Both the position numbers and the translations under genes were made by a program. This document shows positions 31,320-40,909 of a stretch of 64,000 bases of DNA, in pieces. This stretch comes from Myxococcota bacterium (GTDB taxonomy: Bacteria > Myxococcota_A > Bradymonadia > UBA7976 > UBA1532): NCBI GenBank assembly GCA_036337435.1, contig JAYZEG010000020.1, positions 1-64,000 of the forward strand, read 5' to 3'. A model generated the notes under the pieces. That model searched no databases. It saw only the letters and a list, made by a program, of their open reading frames with translations, and was not told where the DNA came from. Every line of letters begins with the position of its first letter. Position 1 is the first letter of the stretch.

Positions 31320-31482
31320 TGAGTTGCTCACATCTCCTCCAATCACGCATCTTGTCTACATTCCGTTTATACTATTTATCGGCGGCGTGATTGGATTTGT
31401 CATCGGCCGTAAAGTCGGGGCTCGTGATGGTGAGGCCGAATATTTGACTCGCATAGACGATGAAGACCTCCTCGATGATTAG
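31309..31482 (+). CDS. small single-TM protein (57 aa), not in ORF track
   Basis: Translated by hand: MTPDELLTSPPITHLVYIPFILFIGGVIGFVIGRKVGARDGEAEYLTRIDDEDLLDD; GGAG SD at 31298-31301; fills the ccmD-slt gap. Confidence 0.8.
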   Translation: MTPDELLTSPPITHLVYIPFILFIGGVIGFVIGRKVGARDGEAEYLTRIDDEDLLDD

Positions 31483-31500
31483 GCAGGGAAGCTGACTGTT

Positions 31501-34038
31501 ATGGTGAATACTAGGTCGGTTTGCCGGGCCGTGACCTGGTTGGTATTCTGTCTCGCTTTTGGTCTGAACGCGGTCCGAGGAAAACCCAAACAGGCCGGTT
31601 GGCCTGCTCAGTGGCGTTTGCCGATGGGCAAACAATTCACAAGCTATAACCTGGGTGTTCGAACGCCGGACAACCTTATCAAACTGGCAGACGTCGAACT
31701 GTCGAAGACAAATGACCCGGTCACCCGAGCAACGCTGTCTTTACAAAACGGAATGGCTCACTATCGCAGCGGCAACTTCGCCGATGCTGCACGTTTTTTA
31801 AAGGACGCACGCACCCAGGTTTTCAACCGAGATGGTGCAGCTTACTTCGAAGCAGACTCGCGTTTTTCACTTGGGCAATACAAGTCAGCGCTCGCGTTGG
31901 TCAAGAGGTTTTCACGACGCTATCCCAACAGCTTGTGGTCACCCCATGCGAGTGTTCTCGCTGCCCGTTGTCTCTTGCACCTTAAGCGTCCAAAGAAAGC
32001 TGCCAAGCGACTTCGGACATATGTCTTGAGTATGCCAGACCACCCAAACCCTGTTCAGTTACGTTTTCTTTTGGCGCGAGCCTATGAAGAGTCGGGAGAA
32101 TTCCGCAAAGCCGCGTATTGGTATCAGTTGACGGCCTATCAATACCCAGCAGACAAGGCCGCACAAAAAGGCCAACTTGAGGCAAACCGGCTTAAAAACA
32201 CCCATCGCTTTAAGGAGTCGTTGTTTACAAATGCTCAACGATTGGAACTCGGAGAGAACCTGCGAAAACGGAAATTCTTCGAGGCTGCTTTGAGTCATTT
32301 CAAGACGGTCGTGAGTACAACGAAGAAAACCGACAAACAGCGTTGGGCCGCAGAGTATCAAATGGCGCGGACTTGGTTCCAGCAAGAGCGGTTTGACCAG
32401 GCGGCAGCCGCCTTCGAGCAGCTCGGTAAAGTTGCGAAAGGCTCTCGAGCGCGTTCGGCTTACCGTTGGCAGTCGCGCGCGATCAGCGCCCTGGGTGATC
32501 CCGATAAATCAGCGAAACTCTTCATCCGCAAAGCGCATAAAGGACCCCTTAAAGCGAAGCAATTGAAGAGGTTAACCTGGATCTTTATGAACGCGGGGCA
32601 GTACAAAAAGGCGCAGTCGTGGTTTAAGCAACTGCTACGGAAAAAGCGTAAAACGACGCTAACCGATCGCTTTTGGGGGGCTTGGTTCGAATACCGGGCT
32701 GGACATTATGATGCATCGATAGCCGCCTTTTCTAAAATGGGAACGGCGCGGGGTCGGAGTGGGGCTCGTGGGCTTTATTGGGCGGCTCGTTCGGCAGCCA
32801 ACAACGGTCGGCTTAGTTTGGCGAAGACCTTATACGAAAAAGCAATTAAACACCGGCCGCTCGGTTACTATGCCTACCAGTCCCGGGCCCGATTAGCAGA
32901 GTTGGAAATGCCCGAGGCGAAGTTGTCGTCGAAGCCATTTTCTGTCCTTAATAACCGAGAGACGATTACCCTTAAGGGCGATTGTGCGCCCAGTACACCG
33001 GCGATCCCCTGTGCGACTGGTACGCTGTCCACCAACACCAAACCGCGGCTTATCGCGGAATATGGGTACGACCCGATCGCTGAACTCAGGGCGCTTACAA
33101 AGCGCTACGGCCGTGGCTTACCTTGGCTCATGAGTGCTTACGAGTGGGCGGTCATCGGAGAGTTTGGGTTTGCGAGTCGGAGTCTGCGCTTGGTAACCGA
33201 TGAACTCAGAGCCTTTCGCAAAGCGGATTCGAGAGCGCGAAAAAAGTGGTCATTTTTACCAAGCTATTTTGTCGATTACCGCGCTGGTGAAAATAGAACG
33301 ATCTGGGGAATGAATGATCGGAGGAAACCGAAAAAAAGTCGGAGTCGGCGTCGGCGCTTCTTATCAGAGAAGCCATGGAAGAAAATCAATAGAGGGCTTC
33401 GGCGAGCTCATTTAGGCTTGGGCGACCCTTTCTATGGACGGCGCCTTGCGCGTCGTCAGGACAGGCCATCTGGGGACCCGTCTGATGTTGCTAATCAAAA
33501 ATGGAGGGAGCGGTTCCCATTGGCATTTCGCGCGTTGGTCATTCCAGCAGCTGAGAAATACAAAGTTGACCCACTGTTGCTCTGGGCATTTATGACCGTT
33601 GAGTCCAGCTACAACTCTTATGCGATCAGTCGAGCGGGTGCCCGAGGTTTAATGCAAGTGATGCCGCACACGGGAGCACTGGTTGCTCAAGGTGTCGGTT
33701 GGACTGATTTTGGAACGGCAAAATTGCACCGTCCGCATGTATCTGTTGAAATGTCAGCGTGGTACTTCCGTCAGCTACTCGATAAATTTCAGGGTCAATT
33801 GCCATTGGCCATCGCATCTTACAATGCCGGCCCTCATCGGGTGAAAATGTGGGTTGCAGAAAAAAAGAACCATCCGATGGACGAATTCATCGAGGAGATT
33901 CCCTTCGATGAAGCGCGAGAATATACGAAGAAAATTCTAAAATATTACGCATTGTATCAGCAGATCTATCTTGGAAAACGCTTCGATTGGGTCGGCCAGA
34001 CCTTGAACGCCAATGTTCGAGACAATATCAACTATTGA
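31501..34038 (+). CDS. slt: soluble lytic murein transglycosylase (Slt70-like) with TPR-like superhelix
   Basis: VESSY, SRAGARGLMQVMP, ASYNAGP, EEIPFDEAREY. Confidence 0.92.
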   Translation: MVNTRSVCRAVTWLVFCLAFGLNAVRGKPKQAGWPAQWRLPMGKQFTSYNLGVRTPDNLIKLADVELSKTNDPVTRATLSLQNGMAHYRSGNFADAARFLKDARTQVFNRDGAAYFEADSRFSLGQYKSALALVKRFSRRYPNSLWSPHASVLAARCLLHLKRPKKAAKRLRTYVLSMPDHPNPVQLRFLLARAYEESGEFRKAAYWYQLTAYQYPADKAAQKGQLEANRLKNTHRFKESLFTNAQRLELGENLRKRKFFEAALSHFKTVVSTTKKTDKQRWAAEYQMARTWFQQERFDQAAAAFEQLGKVAKGSRARSAYRWQSRAISALGDPDKSAKLFIRKAHKGPLKAKQLKRLTWIFMNAGQYKKAQSWFKQLLRKKRKTTLTDRFWGAWFEYRAGHYDASIAAFSKMGTARGRSGARGLYWAARSAANNGRLSLAKTLYEKAIKHRPLGYYAYQSRARLAELEMPEAKLSSKPFSVLNNRETITLKGDCAPSTPAIPCATGTLSTNTKPRLIAEYGYDPIAELRALTKRYGRGLPWLMSAYEWAVIGEFGFASRSLRLVTDELRAFRKADSRARKKWSFLPSYFVDYRAGENRTIWGMNDRRKPKKSRSRRRRFLSEKPWKKINRGLRRAHLGLGDPFYGRRLARRQDRPSGDPSDVANQKWRERFPLAFRALVIPAAEKYKVDPLLLWAFMTVESSYNSYAISRAGARGLMQVMPHTGALVAQGVGWTDFGTAKLHRPHVSVEMSAWYFRQLLDKFQGQLPLAIASYNAGPHRVKMWVAEKKNHPMDEFIEEIPFDEAREYTKKILKYYALYQQIYLGKRFDWVGQTLNANVRDNINY

Positions 34039-34187
34039 ACGCCAATATTACGGTGAACAGTAGGTCACCAATCGATGGCTGGGATACCGTCCGAAACGTG
34101 AGTGAACCCGGTCAGGGGTCTTTACCCTACAGGATGATGCCTTATCCACCACAGCCAAACAGTGGTGAATGGGATGAGTCATGGCGT
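34039..34187. ncRNA. candidate structured RNA between convergent slt and gspN
   Basis: Five nested 5-6 bp helices plus an apical hairpin fill most of the intergenic space. Confidence 0.4.
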
Positions 34188-34211
34188 AGCCTTGTGTCGC
34201 CAGCGTGTTGA

Positions 34212-35981
34212 TCACTCATCGTCTTCATCGTCCTCTTTTCCCTTGTCTGACTCCTCATCCTTATTTTTTTCGTCCTCATCTTCATCATCTTCATCGTCCG
34301 CCGTCGCTTTCTTGGTACTGTCATTGGACTCAGACTCTTCATCGTCTTCCTCGTCGTCACCCTCGTCATCGTCGTCATCGGGCTCAGCATTGTTTTGGTC
34401 CGAGTTCGAAGATCGATACCCAGTTGACTTCGATTTAAAGGACGAAGGTTTCTTCGGCATAAATCGACTGCCAGATTTTGATTTATAGTCAGGATTCGAA
34501 TTGCCTTTAGAACGGCTGGTTGAATCGACTGTTTTAATCCCATTCGAGCGTGGTTTAGACCGATTACCCAGGGTGCCTTTACGCGTGTTCAAATTCTTTC
34601 TCGACTTGATTTTGGACGCGGAGCGGCTGGTCTTCTTACCGATCCTGGACGCTTTCTTGGCGCGACGTGTTTTACGCCGTGCATGGGGATTTTCTTTTTT
34701 GGGGCTCCATCGTAACTTGCTGAATCGCCCCTTCGCAGTGAAACCCATGTAGCCATCCTTGTTCGTGGCGCGCTTAAGAATCGGGATGGTTTTTTGAGCT
34801 GAAGCTAAACTACGGTTGGTCTTCTTGAATGCATCGCTCATCTTGATGCCCATGAATATGTCGGCGGATAGGTCTTTGAGTCTGCTTGTTAGCTTGATGT
34901 AGCCGTCGAGTTCACCGATAAGGTCAGGCCCTTTGATCTTGAATCCTTTGAGTCGAGCGCGCCGCTTATCAAGTGCGAGGGTTCCACCCAAGCTTTGTAT
35001 CTTTATCTTTGGAACATCGACGGGTCCGAAGCCACGCAGTTTCGGACTGTCAAACTGGCCGGGTCCTACGGTGGTTCCCGTCACCGAGACATCAATATTT
35101 CCTGTCGACTTTACGACTTGCAGTTTGCCCTTCCCATTAATGGGCACCGCAATCTCTGTATTGAGCCCAATGGTTCCGATAAGCGGGAATTCAAGAACGG
35201 GTTTGAGTTCATGGATTTGAGCGATATCGAGTTCGCTCGTCTCAATCTTGATATCGAGGGCCTCGGTTGCGCGTTGCAGGGAGGCCTTCAGCTGGCCTCC
35301 CATCAGCCTACTTTGGATGTTGACTTGGTAGGCCTCGTTAAAAATCTTGCCATCAAAGACGTCATTCAAGAGGGCTGGCAGGTCGACGGAAATCTCAAGA
35401 TAGTCGATGCTCACGGGCATCGGTCCTCTCACCAGCTTCGGTTTTGGATCACTGTTCTCAGTGTCGCTGGCCTCTTTGCCTGTATCTTTTTTCGTCGTAC
35501 TCGTCTTTTTTACCGAATCTTTAGCGGCACTTTCGGTCTCGCCTTTCTTGGGGTTGACGGCCTCGATCGGAGGAACCCGATTTTTGTCAATGGCAGGCTT
35601 CGTATCTTTTGAATCGGTTTTCCCTTTAGTTGCTGTGCTATCCTTTGTCGTTTCTGTTGAATCCGACTCCGGTGTGTCTTTCTTTTTCGTCTGTCGCTCT
35701 TTCCAAGCCTTTAGAGCTACGCGAGACGCTTTAATTTGCTCGAGTTCTTCGGGCGATGGCCGCCGTGTCAGCACCACGCCGTCCATTCGGACGCTGGTCG
35801 CTGTAGGCAGAGCCAGCTCTGCAATCTCAAGGTTGTAGTCAAAGGTGTCCGATGCTGTTCGAATCAAAAGGGCCTTTGCCTCGTCTATCGGCGCCGTTCC
35901 GTACAAGAACACCGTGAAGCAGCATACAAAAAACATGATGTACGCAAGACCCTTGAAGAGCTTAGTCACAAATTTCTTCAT
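34212..35981 (-). CDS. gspN: type II secretion system protein N (deltaproteobacterial type) with long charged tail
   Basis: N-terminal TM, beta-rich body, last gene of the gsp operon. Confidence 0.75.
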   Translation of the reverse strand: MKKFVTKLFKGLAYIMFFVCCFTVFLYGTAPIDEAKALLIRTASDTFDYNLEIAELALPTATSVRMDGVVLTRRPSPEELEQIKASRVALKAWKERQTKKKDTPESDSTETTKDSTATKGKTDSKDTKPAIDKNRVPPIEAVNPKKGETESAAKDSVKKTSTTKKDTGKEASDTENSDPKPKLVRGPMPVSIDYLEISVDLPALLNDVFDGKIFNEAYQVNIQSRLMGGQLKASLQRATEALDIKIETSELDIAQIHELKPVLEFPLIGTIGLNTEIAVPINGKGKLQVVKSTGNIDVSVTGTTVGPGQFDSPKLRGFGPVDVPKIKIQSLGGTLALDKRRARLKGFKIKGPDLIGELDGYIKLTSRLKDLSADIFMGIKMSDAFKKTNRSLASAQKTIPILKRATNKDGYMGFTAKGRFSKLRWSPKKENPHARRKTRRAKKASRIGKKTSRSASKIKSRKNLNTRKGTLGNRSKPRSNGIKTVDSTSRSKGNSNPDYKSKSGSRFMPKKPSSFKSKSTGYRSSNSDQNNAEPDDDDDEGDDEEDDEESESNDSTKKATADDEDDEDEDEKNKDEESDKGKEDDEDDE

Positions 35982-36592
35982 TAGATTTCGACCTCCTCAT
36001 AGCGGTAGGTGGCAACCGTCATCCGAATCTCGCGTAATTTCTGTCGATCGCTGCTCAGTGTGCTGACTTTCAATCGAGTGACACGAACTGGCTCACGCCG
36101 ATTTTCTAAATTTGATATGAAACTCGTCAATTGGTCCAGCGTGATCCGGCGGATCGTAATGCTCTGTGATTCCCATTTGAGTTCCTTAATCGACTTTGGT
36201 TTGGACTCATCTGAGCGTTTTTGGAGCCGTCGTCGGTTGTTAGTGAGATAACCCGTAGACTCTTTAAAATCTTCGATTTCAATGTCCTGGGCCTTCGCCT
36301 CTTTTTCCATCAATTGCACAAGGCGAATCGGATTTTTCTCTAAGAGCTCACGGACTGCGTCTAGCTTAGCTTTTTGTGTTAAAAAGTCAGGTTTCAATGT
36401 GTTGATTTGAGTCAATGTCGATCGGATGGTGTCATTGTTCTCAGACTGGCTATTGACCTGATTTTCGACGTAGAGCCAAAGGAAGACGCCGGCGGTCAAA
36501 AAGATTGCGCCCAAAAAACCACCAAGAAGTAATTTTTCCCGAGTCGATAGGCGGTCAAACGAATCAAATAATGAACTTCTCTTACTCACCAT
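35981..36592 (-). CDS. gspM: type II secretion system protein M
   Basis: FDRLSTREKLLL, TM, coiled coil and ferredoxin-like C-terminus; follows gspL. Confidence 0.85.
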   Translation of the reverse strand: MVSKRSSLFDSFDRLSTREKLLLGGFLGAIFLTAGVFLWLYVENQVNSQSENNDTIRSTLTQINTLKPDFLTQKAKLDAVRELLEKNPIRLVQLMEKEAKAQDIEIEDFKESTGYLTNNRRRLQKRSDESKPKSIKELKWESQSITIRRITLDQLTSFISNLENRREPVRVTRLKVSTLSSDRQKLREIRMTVATYRYEEVEI

Positions 36593-36601
36593 GTTTCAAC
36601 C

Positions 36602-38194
36602 TCAGCTGCACGTCAATTTGCCGGTAATGCGAAAACGCCGTCCCAACTCGTCATCCATGGACTTTTCGTTTCGATTAATCTCAGTTTGTCGAAAACAGCG
36701 ATTTTGCCGCAATGCACGCACGATGTTATCGACGTCAGATGTCGAGCCGGTCTTTCCACGGATCGACAAGGACTTGCGTTCAATATCGATTTCTATGCTA
36801 TCGACATTGACCTTAATATTTGGATCTACGGCTTCTGAGATTTCTGCCAAGAGTCTCAGCGCACTGAATTCTGGTATGCCGCGATCAGCCGCTTCTCTAT
36901 CGGCTGAAACGGTCGTGAGCAGAAAGTCGACATCGTCGTTTTCAGTGCCTAAAATTTCTTGGCTTAAGACAGCAACCTCACCCCTCAGCCGGCTATGTTC
37001 GGCTTCTAGAACCCGTTTTTTTGTCACTGCGACCATTGCGCCGAGGGTAATCATGAGCATAACGGCCAAAGTGACTGTGATGATGCGACCCCTGAGGAAA
37101 CCAAAATCACCCGTGTAAGAGTAGTCCCCCTGCCGCAGATTAACCTGATTTCGCAGTTGCCTTGCAAAGGCTTGAACGGAGATGGCCATCGCTTTGGCTA
37201 GGAGTGGCTCATTGGTCTCACGATCTGTGGTAATCCGGGAAAAATGGGCATCGAGCGGTTTAAGCGTTCGGCAGGGAATTCGAACGGTGTCCTCGATGAA
37301 TTGTCCAAGGCCACGCAGGCGGCTGCTTCCGCCCGTGCTGTAGACTGCTGAAATTGGGACGCCTTTCTCGAGTTCAAAAGCGGCGATGGAGCGATGGATC
37401 TCAACGACCAACGGCTGGAGTGCTTTTCGACACTGGTCGCTCAAAATCTGCTGGCGCTCGTCGAGTGTCGCAGTTTGATTTGAACTGATCAGTGCTTCTG
37501 AGCATTTTGCGCGCTCCGCATCCGCTTCGCTGACTTGAAGCGCGGCAGCGATATGCCTCGTGACATCCAAGCCACCATAGGAAATATCACGGACAACCCT
37601 GGGCACACCGTTCTCAAAAATCACCAATTCCGAATGAACATGTCCAATGTCGAGGAGTGCGACTGCTTCATTCTCATGTGGGCTGAGTAGGTGTTCGAAT
37701 AAATTACCGAAGGAAAGAGGTCCGAAGCTGATCCTCTTGGGATCGAGACCGACCCCTTGCAATGCGTCGAGGAGCTCGGCGATGTCGAGCTCTCGAACAT
37801 AAGCGCACACGATTGTCGATGTCTCATCTTCGTTCTTGTTGAGCACCTGGTAATCGTAGACCACGTCATCGATATCGAGGGGAATGACTTCCTCGAGCTG
37901 AAAGGGGAGAATGGCCTCAATTTTCTTTGGTTGATCAAAGGGCAACTGTAGCTCAACGGTCGATGCAAGGCCGGCTGGCAGCGAACACATGATGGTCTCG
38001 TTTAAGAGACCCCGACGCTCTAAAAGTCGCTTCGCTGCGTTTGCGTATGCCGTAAAGCGCCCTTGGTCTGACTCTGCGAAATCCACCGACTCTGTCCCGA
38101 AGCCAACCAATTCATACTTTCGTACGGTTGAGACGACTTCGCACACCTTGATGGTATGTGAGCCTAAATCTAGACCTACGATTTTGGTCGCCAT
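36602..38194 (-). CDS. gspL: type II secretion system protein L (PilM-like actin fold plus PilN-like domain)
   Basis: GLDLGSHTIKV, LDIGH, TGGSSRLRGL, VNLRQG, TM and periplasmic domain. Confidence 0.9.
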   Translation of the reverse strand: MATKIVGLDLGSHTIKVCEVVSTVRKYELVGFGTESVDFAESDQGRFTAYANAAKRLLERRGLLNETIMCSLPAGLASTVELQLPFDQPKKIEAILPFQLEEVIPLDIDDVVYDYQVLNKNEDETSTIVCAYVRELDIAELLDALQGVGLDPKRISFGPLSFGNLFEHLLSPHENEAVALLDIGHVHSELVIFENGVPRVVRDISYGGLDVTRHIAAALQVSEADAERAKCSEALISSNQTATLDERQQILSDQCRKALQPLVVEIHRSIAAFELEKGVPISAVYSTGGSSRLRGLGQFIEDTVRIPCRTLKPLDAHFSRITTDRETNEPLLAKAMAISVQAFARQLRNQVNLRQGDYSYTGDFGFLRGRIITVTLAVMLMITLGAMVAVTKKRVLEAEHSRLRGEVAVLSQEILGTENDDVDFLLTTVSADREAADRGIPEFSALRLLAEISEAVDPNIKVNVDSIEIDIERKSLSIRGKTGSTSDVDNIVRALRQNRCFRQTEINRNEKSMDDELGRRFRITGKLTCS

Positions 38195-39555
38195 TATTCC
38201 TCCCTGTAGTAGAGGGTTCTTACTGTTTTACCGTCCCGCTTTAGAACGGCGAAAATTCGTCTTGTGATGTTCCCGACAGCACCCTGCGCCTGGATTCGAA
38301 GAAGCTTACTCTCCGTTGTCACACTGTCCTTTAAATTGTCGGCGTAGCGTCCAAACTCGCTCTGAAGCTCCAGATATTGTGCCTCAGTCATGTTGTAGCG
38401 GGCGAGAATATCTTGAGCCGTCAATTGCATGAGGTTACCCACCATGCGCTGGCCATAATTTAGAATTTGGCCCAAAGGATCTTTAACGACGGTAATAAAG
38501 TCATTGACTCCATTCTTACCGCGAAAGGGTTTTGTCAATGGGGACGGTGCTTTTCTTAGATTGCGCGCATCCATAATCAACTTCACATAGAAGTTAAGTG
38601 CGGCTTCTCCGCGCTCGAGAGTTTCAGAATCCTGCCCACAGGCGTTGCCCTGATTCTCCATTGCTTGAAACCAAGGCGATTCGGCGCGCAGCAATGTCGC
38701 GAGCACGTCGGCCGTGGCAAAGTTCACATCGACTTTCCCAGCTGAGTGAACGCTGATTTTCGACTTCAAGTGGTCATAAATTCGGTCATTGATTCCGCGA
38801 ATCAATCGGAGCTCTTCGATGCTGTCGAATGGCGCATCTTTGCTGCGATAGCCATTCCCGCTGAGGATGTCGCGATAATACGAATCTTCGCCTTCTCCCG
38901 CCCCCTCAGTAAATTGACCCTGGACCGGATTATAGACAATTCGATTGTTGTCGGCATCGATCCAGTCCACCAAATTCCCGATGATGTCGTCCCGTGTGTA
39001 TTCTTTGCCATCCGCTTGCGGTTTTTCGAATACCTCTTCGAGAACAGGGTCGCATAGAATTGCCCTCAGCTTGCGGGCAGTTGTCCGGCGATTGGCACAA
39101 TTGGATCCCGCAGTGCCACGACCAGGACAGTGAAGGCCTGCTAGGCCAATATAGGACTCTTCTGTCTTCATTTGGATATCGACATCGCCTTTGAAGAGAC
39201 CAATGCCCTCAATGCCATTCATTTCGAATGACAGCCCGCCTATGGGCAGGTCAACTCGAGCCTTGATAAATAAATTGAGCATGATCCGGCAGAGCTGTTC
39301 GAGATCCATGTTTTCTTGAAAGCTTTTCAATGAATCCCAAGCAGCAGGATCAAGGCAGGAGCGTGTCAAAGTGAGTGCTGTTTCGGCCATCGTTGAGGCG
39401 CGCATCTCATCTCTTAGATTGATCCCCGACTGCAAATGTGTCCTCGCGGTGCCAGAGAATTCGACTAAAACAAGTGTGAGGATGGTGATCAGTGTGATCA
39501 CCATCAGTAAGGCGACACCTGACTGACCGGAGCGTTCGACTCGAGTGTTCTTCAT
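38194..39555 (-). CDS. gspK: minor pseudopilin GspK
   Basis: G|VALLMVI, LVDWIDAD, FDSIEELRLIRGI, VDVNFA. Confidence 0.95.
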   Translation of the reverse strand: MKNTRVERSGQSGVALLMVITLITILTLVLVEFSGTARTHLQSGINLRDEMRASTMAETALTLTRSCLDPAAWDSLKSFQENMDLEQLCRIMLNLFIKARVDLPIGGLSFEMNGIEGIGLFKGDVDIQMKTEESYIGLAGLHCPGRGTAGSNCANRRTTARKLRAILCDPVLEEVFEKPQADGKEYTRDDIIGNLVDWIDADNNRIVYNPVQGQFTEGAGEGEDSYYRDILSGNGYRSKDAPFDSIEELRLIRGINDRIYDHLKSKISVHSAGKVDVNFATADVLATLLRAESPWFQAMENQGNACGQDSETLERGEAALNFYVKLIMDARNLRKAPSPLTKPFRGKNGVNDFITVVKDPLGQILNYGQRMVGNLMQLTAQDILARYNMTEAQYLELQSEFGRYADNLKDSVTTESKLLRIQAQGAVGNITRRIFAVLKRDGKTVRTLYYREE

Positions 39556-40274
39556 CGCGTCGCTCCCGGTACTTGCGATTCGATGACATTGATCGGACGC
39601 CGAATCCGAGGCTGAGCCTGTGTCACGAATCGAATGGGAGGTCGTCCGTCTGGCATTTCTAGTTCCAGAGTGAGTCGAACACGGCTTGGCAGTAGCGGTT
39701 CTAGTTCATTTTCATGGCTGTCCCAGTCTCGTTGCCATGCATCGTCGCCAATTTCCTTTGAGTCGTCCCAGTACTCGATACGAAATGTTTTAATGCCCTC
39801 GAGAATTGGCCAAATAAAACCCCCCTTATCAGGTTTGTCATCGAGACGACTGCTCTCTCGTCTGTAAAGGGTCTTTCCTCGATAGCCGGAGTCCGAGTCA
39901 CCGGGCTCTAAGAAATAAGCGATTTCAGCTTGGTCCGACTCGCGCGTTCGCGCATACAATCGAATGTGCGCTGTACTGGCGAAAAAGAGCTCATCGTCCG
40001 CCCCCTTAAATCGAGTAATGACAGCTGGTTCTTCTTCACGCTTGTCCTGTGGCACCTCAGCACGGATAAATGCCATTCTCAGTTCTCGAGCCATTCGGGT
40101 CAGCACCTGTCGGCCCTCGTGGTAGCGATCGTTTGTCTCGGAGACGATCCGTTTCGTCTCAAAACTAGTGGCCATACTTTGTGTGACCGCGGCCCCAACA
40201 ACCATCAATAGGGTCAGCGCGATGAGAGCCTCAACCAAAGTGAAGCCCGCGCTTGGTCGGCGAGTCTTCATCAT
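39552..40274 (-). CDS. gspJ: minor pseudopilin GspJ
   Basis: G|FTLVE prepilin site, WQRDWDS...LPSRVRLTL. Confidence 0.92.
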   Translation of the reverse strand: MMKTRRPSAGFTLVEALIALTLLMVVGAAVTQSMATSFETKRIVSETNDRYHEGRQVLTRMARELRMAFIRAEVPQDKREEEPAVITRFKGADDELFFASTAHIRLYARTRESDQAEIAYFLEPGDSDSGYRGKTLYRRESSRLDDKPDKGGFIWPILEGIKTFRIEYWDDSKEIGDDAWQRDWDSHENELEPLLPSRVRLTLELEMPDGRPPIRFVTQAQPRIRRPINVIESQVPGATR

Positions 40275-40909
40275 CGAGTGATATCCAATGCGCTTGGCGT
40301 CTCTTGTTCGGCTTTACCATCGGCAGGGGGGGCTTTCCCAACTGCATCGGTTCCGAGAATGGTCACAAACGTTTCGACGACAACGCTGCGGTCTTCAATC
40401 ATGTCACGCCATGAGACTTCGATGCGGACTTTTCGCATCTTATCTTCGAGTTTCTGAAGGAAATAAGGAATCGCTGCTATCCCTTGCTGCAATTGTGACA
40501 TTTGGCGTTGCTGATCAGCTGTCATTGCGCCAGGATCTCCGAGGTTAACCCCGAAAGTGCCCGATAAGGTCGACATGACTTGGTCAGAGATCTGTTCGGT
40601 TGCTCCGTCGGCAATCTCCATCTTGTAGCTGCACGCCTTCCACTTGAAATTCCGATATCCTTCGTCTCGGAAATCGCCGTCTTCACAATTGTCAAAGATG
40701 TCGATGCTCTCTTTAATAATCTGGTGCCGGACATCTAATACTTTTCCGTACGCGAGCAGATTGGCTTGGCTGACTCGATTGCTAAAGTCGCTCATTTGGA
40801 CAGCCACGCTTTCATGGCCCAACAAGGCTGTGAGTGCCAAGGCCATGATGGACATTGCAATCATGACTTCGAGGAGTGTAAAGCCTTTTTGGTGAGGGGT
40901 ACGGCTCAT
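40271..40909 (-). CDS. gspI: minor pseudopilin GspI
   Basis: G|FTLLEVMIAM prepilin site; position between gspH and gspJ. Confidence 0.88.
   Translation of the reverse strand: MSRTPHQKGFTLLEVMIAMSIMALALTALLGHESVAVQMSDFSNRVSQANLLAYGKVLDVRHQIIKESIDIFDNCEDGDFRDEGYRNFKWKACSYKMEIADGATEQISDQVMSTLSGTFGVNLGDPGAMTADQQRQMSQLQQGIAAIPYFLQKLEDKMRKVRIEVSWRDMIEDRSVVVETFVTILGTDAVGKAPPADGKAEQETPSALDITR

Noticed and set aside
34100..34135. SRP RNA-like 5' motif GAACCCGGTCAGG
   Set aside because: The GNRA tetraloop and AGCA(G) half of SRP helix 8 are absent (loop is CTTT, followed by CTAC)
34162..34543. Poly-Ser and Met/Thr/Lys-rich short ORFs
   Set aside because: Antisense or alternative-frame shadows of the acidic GspN tail
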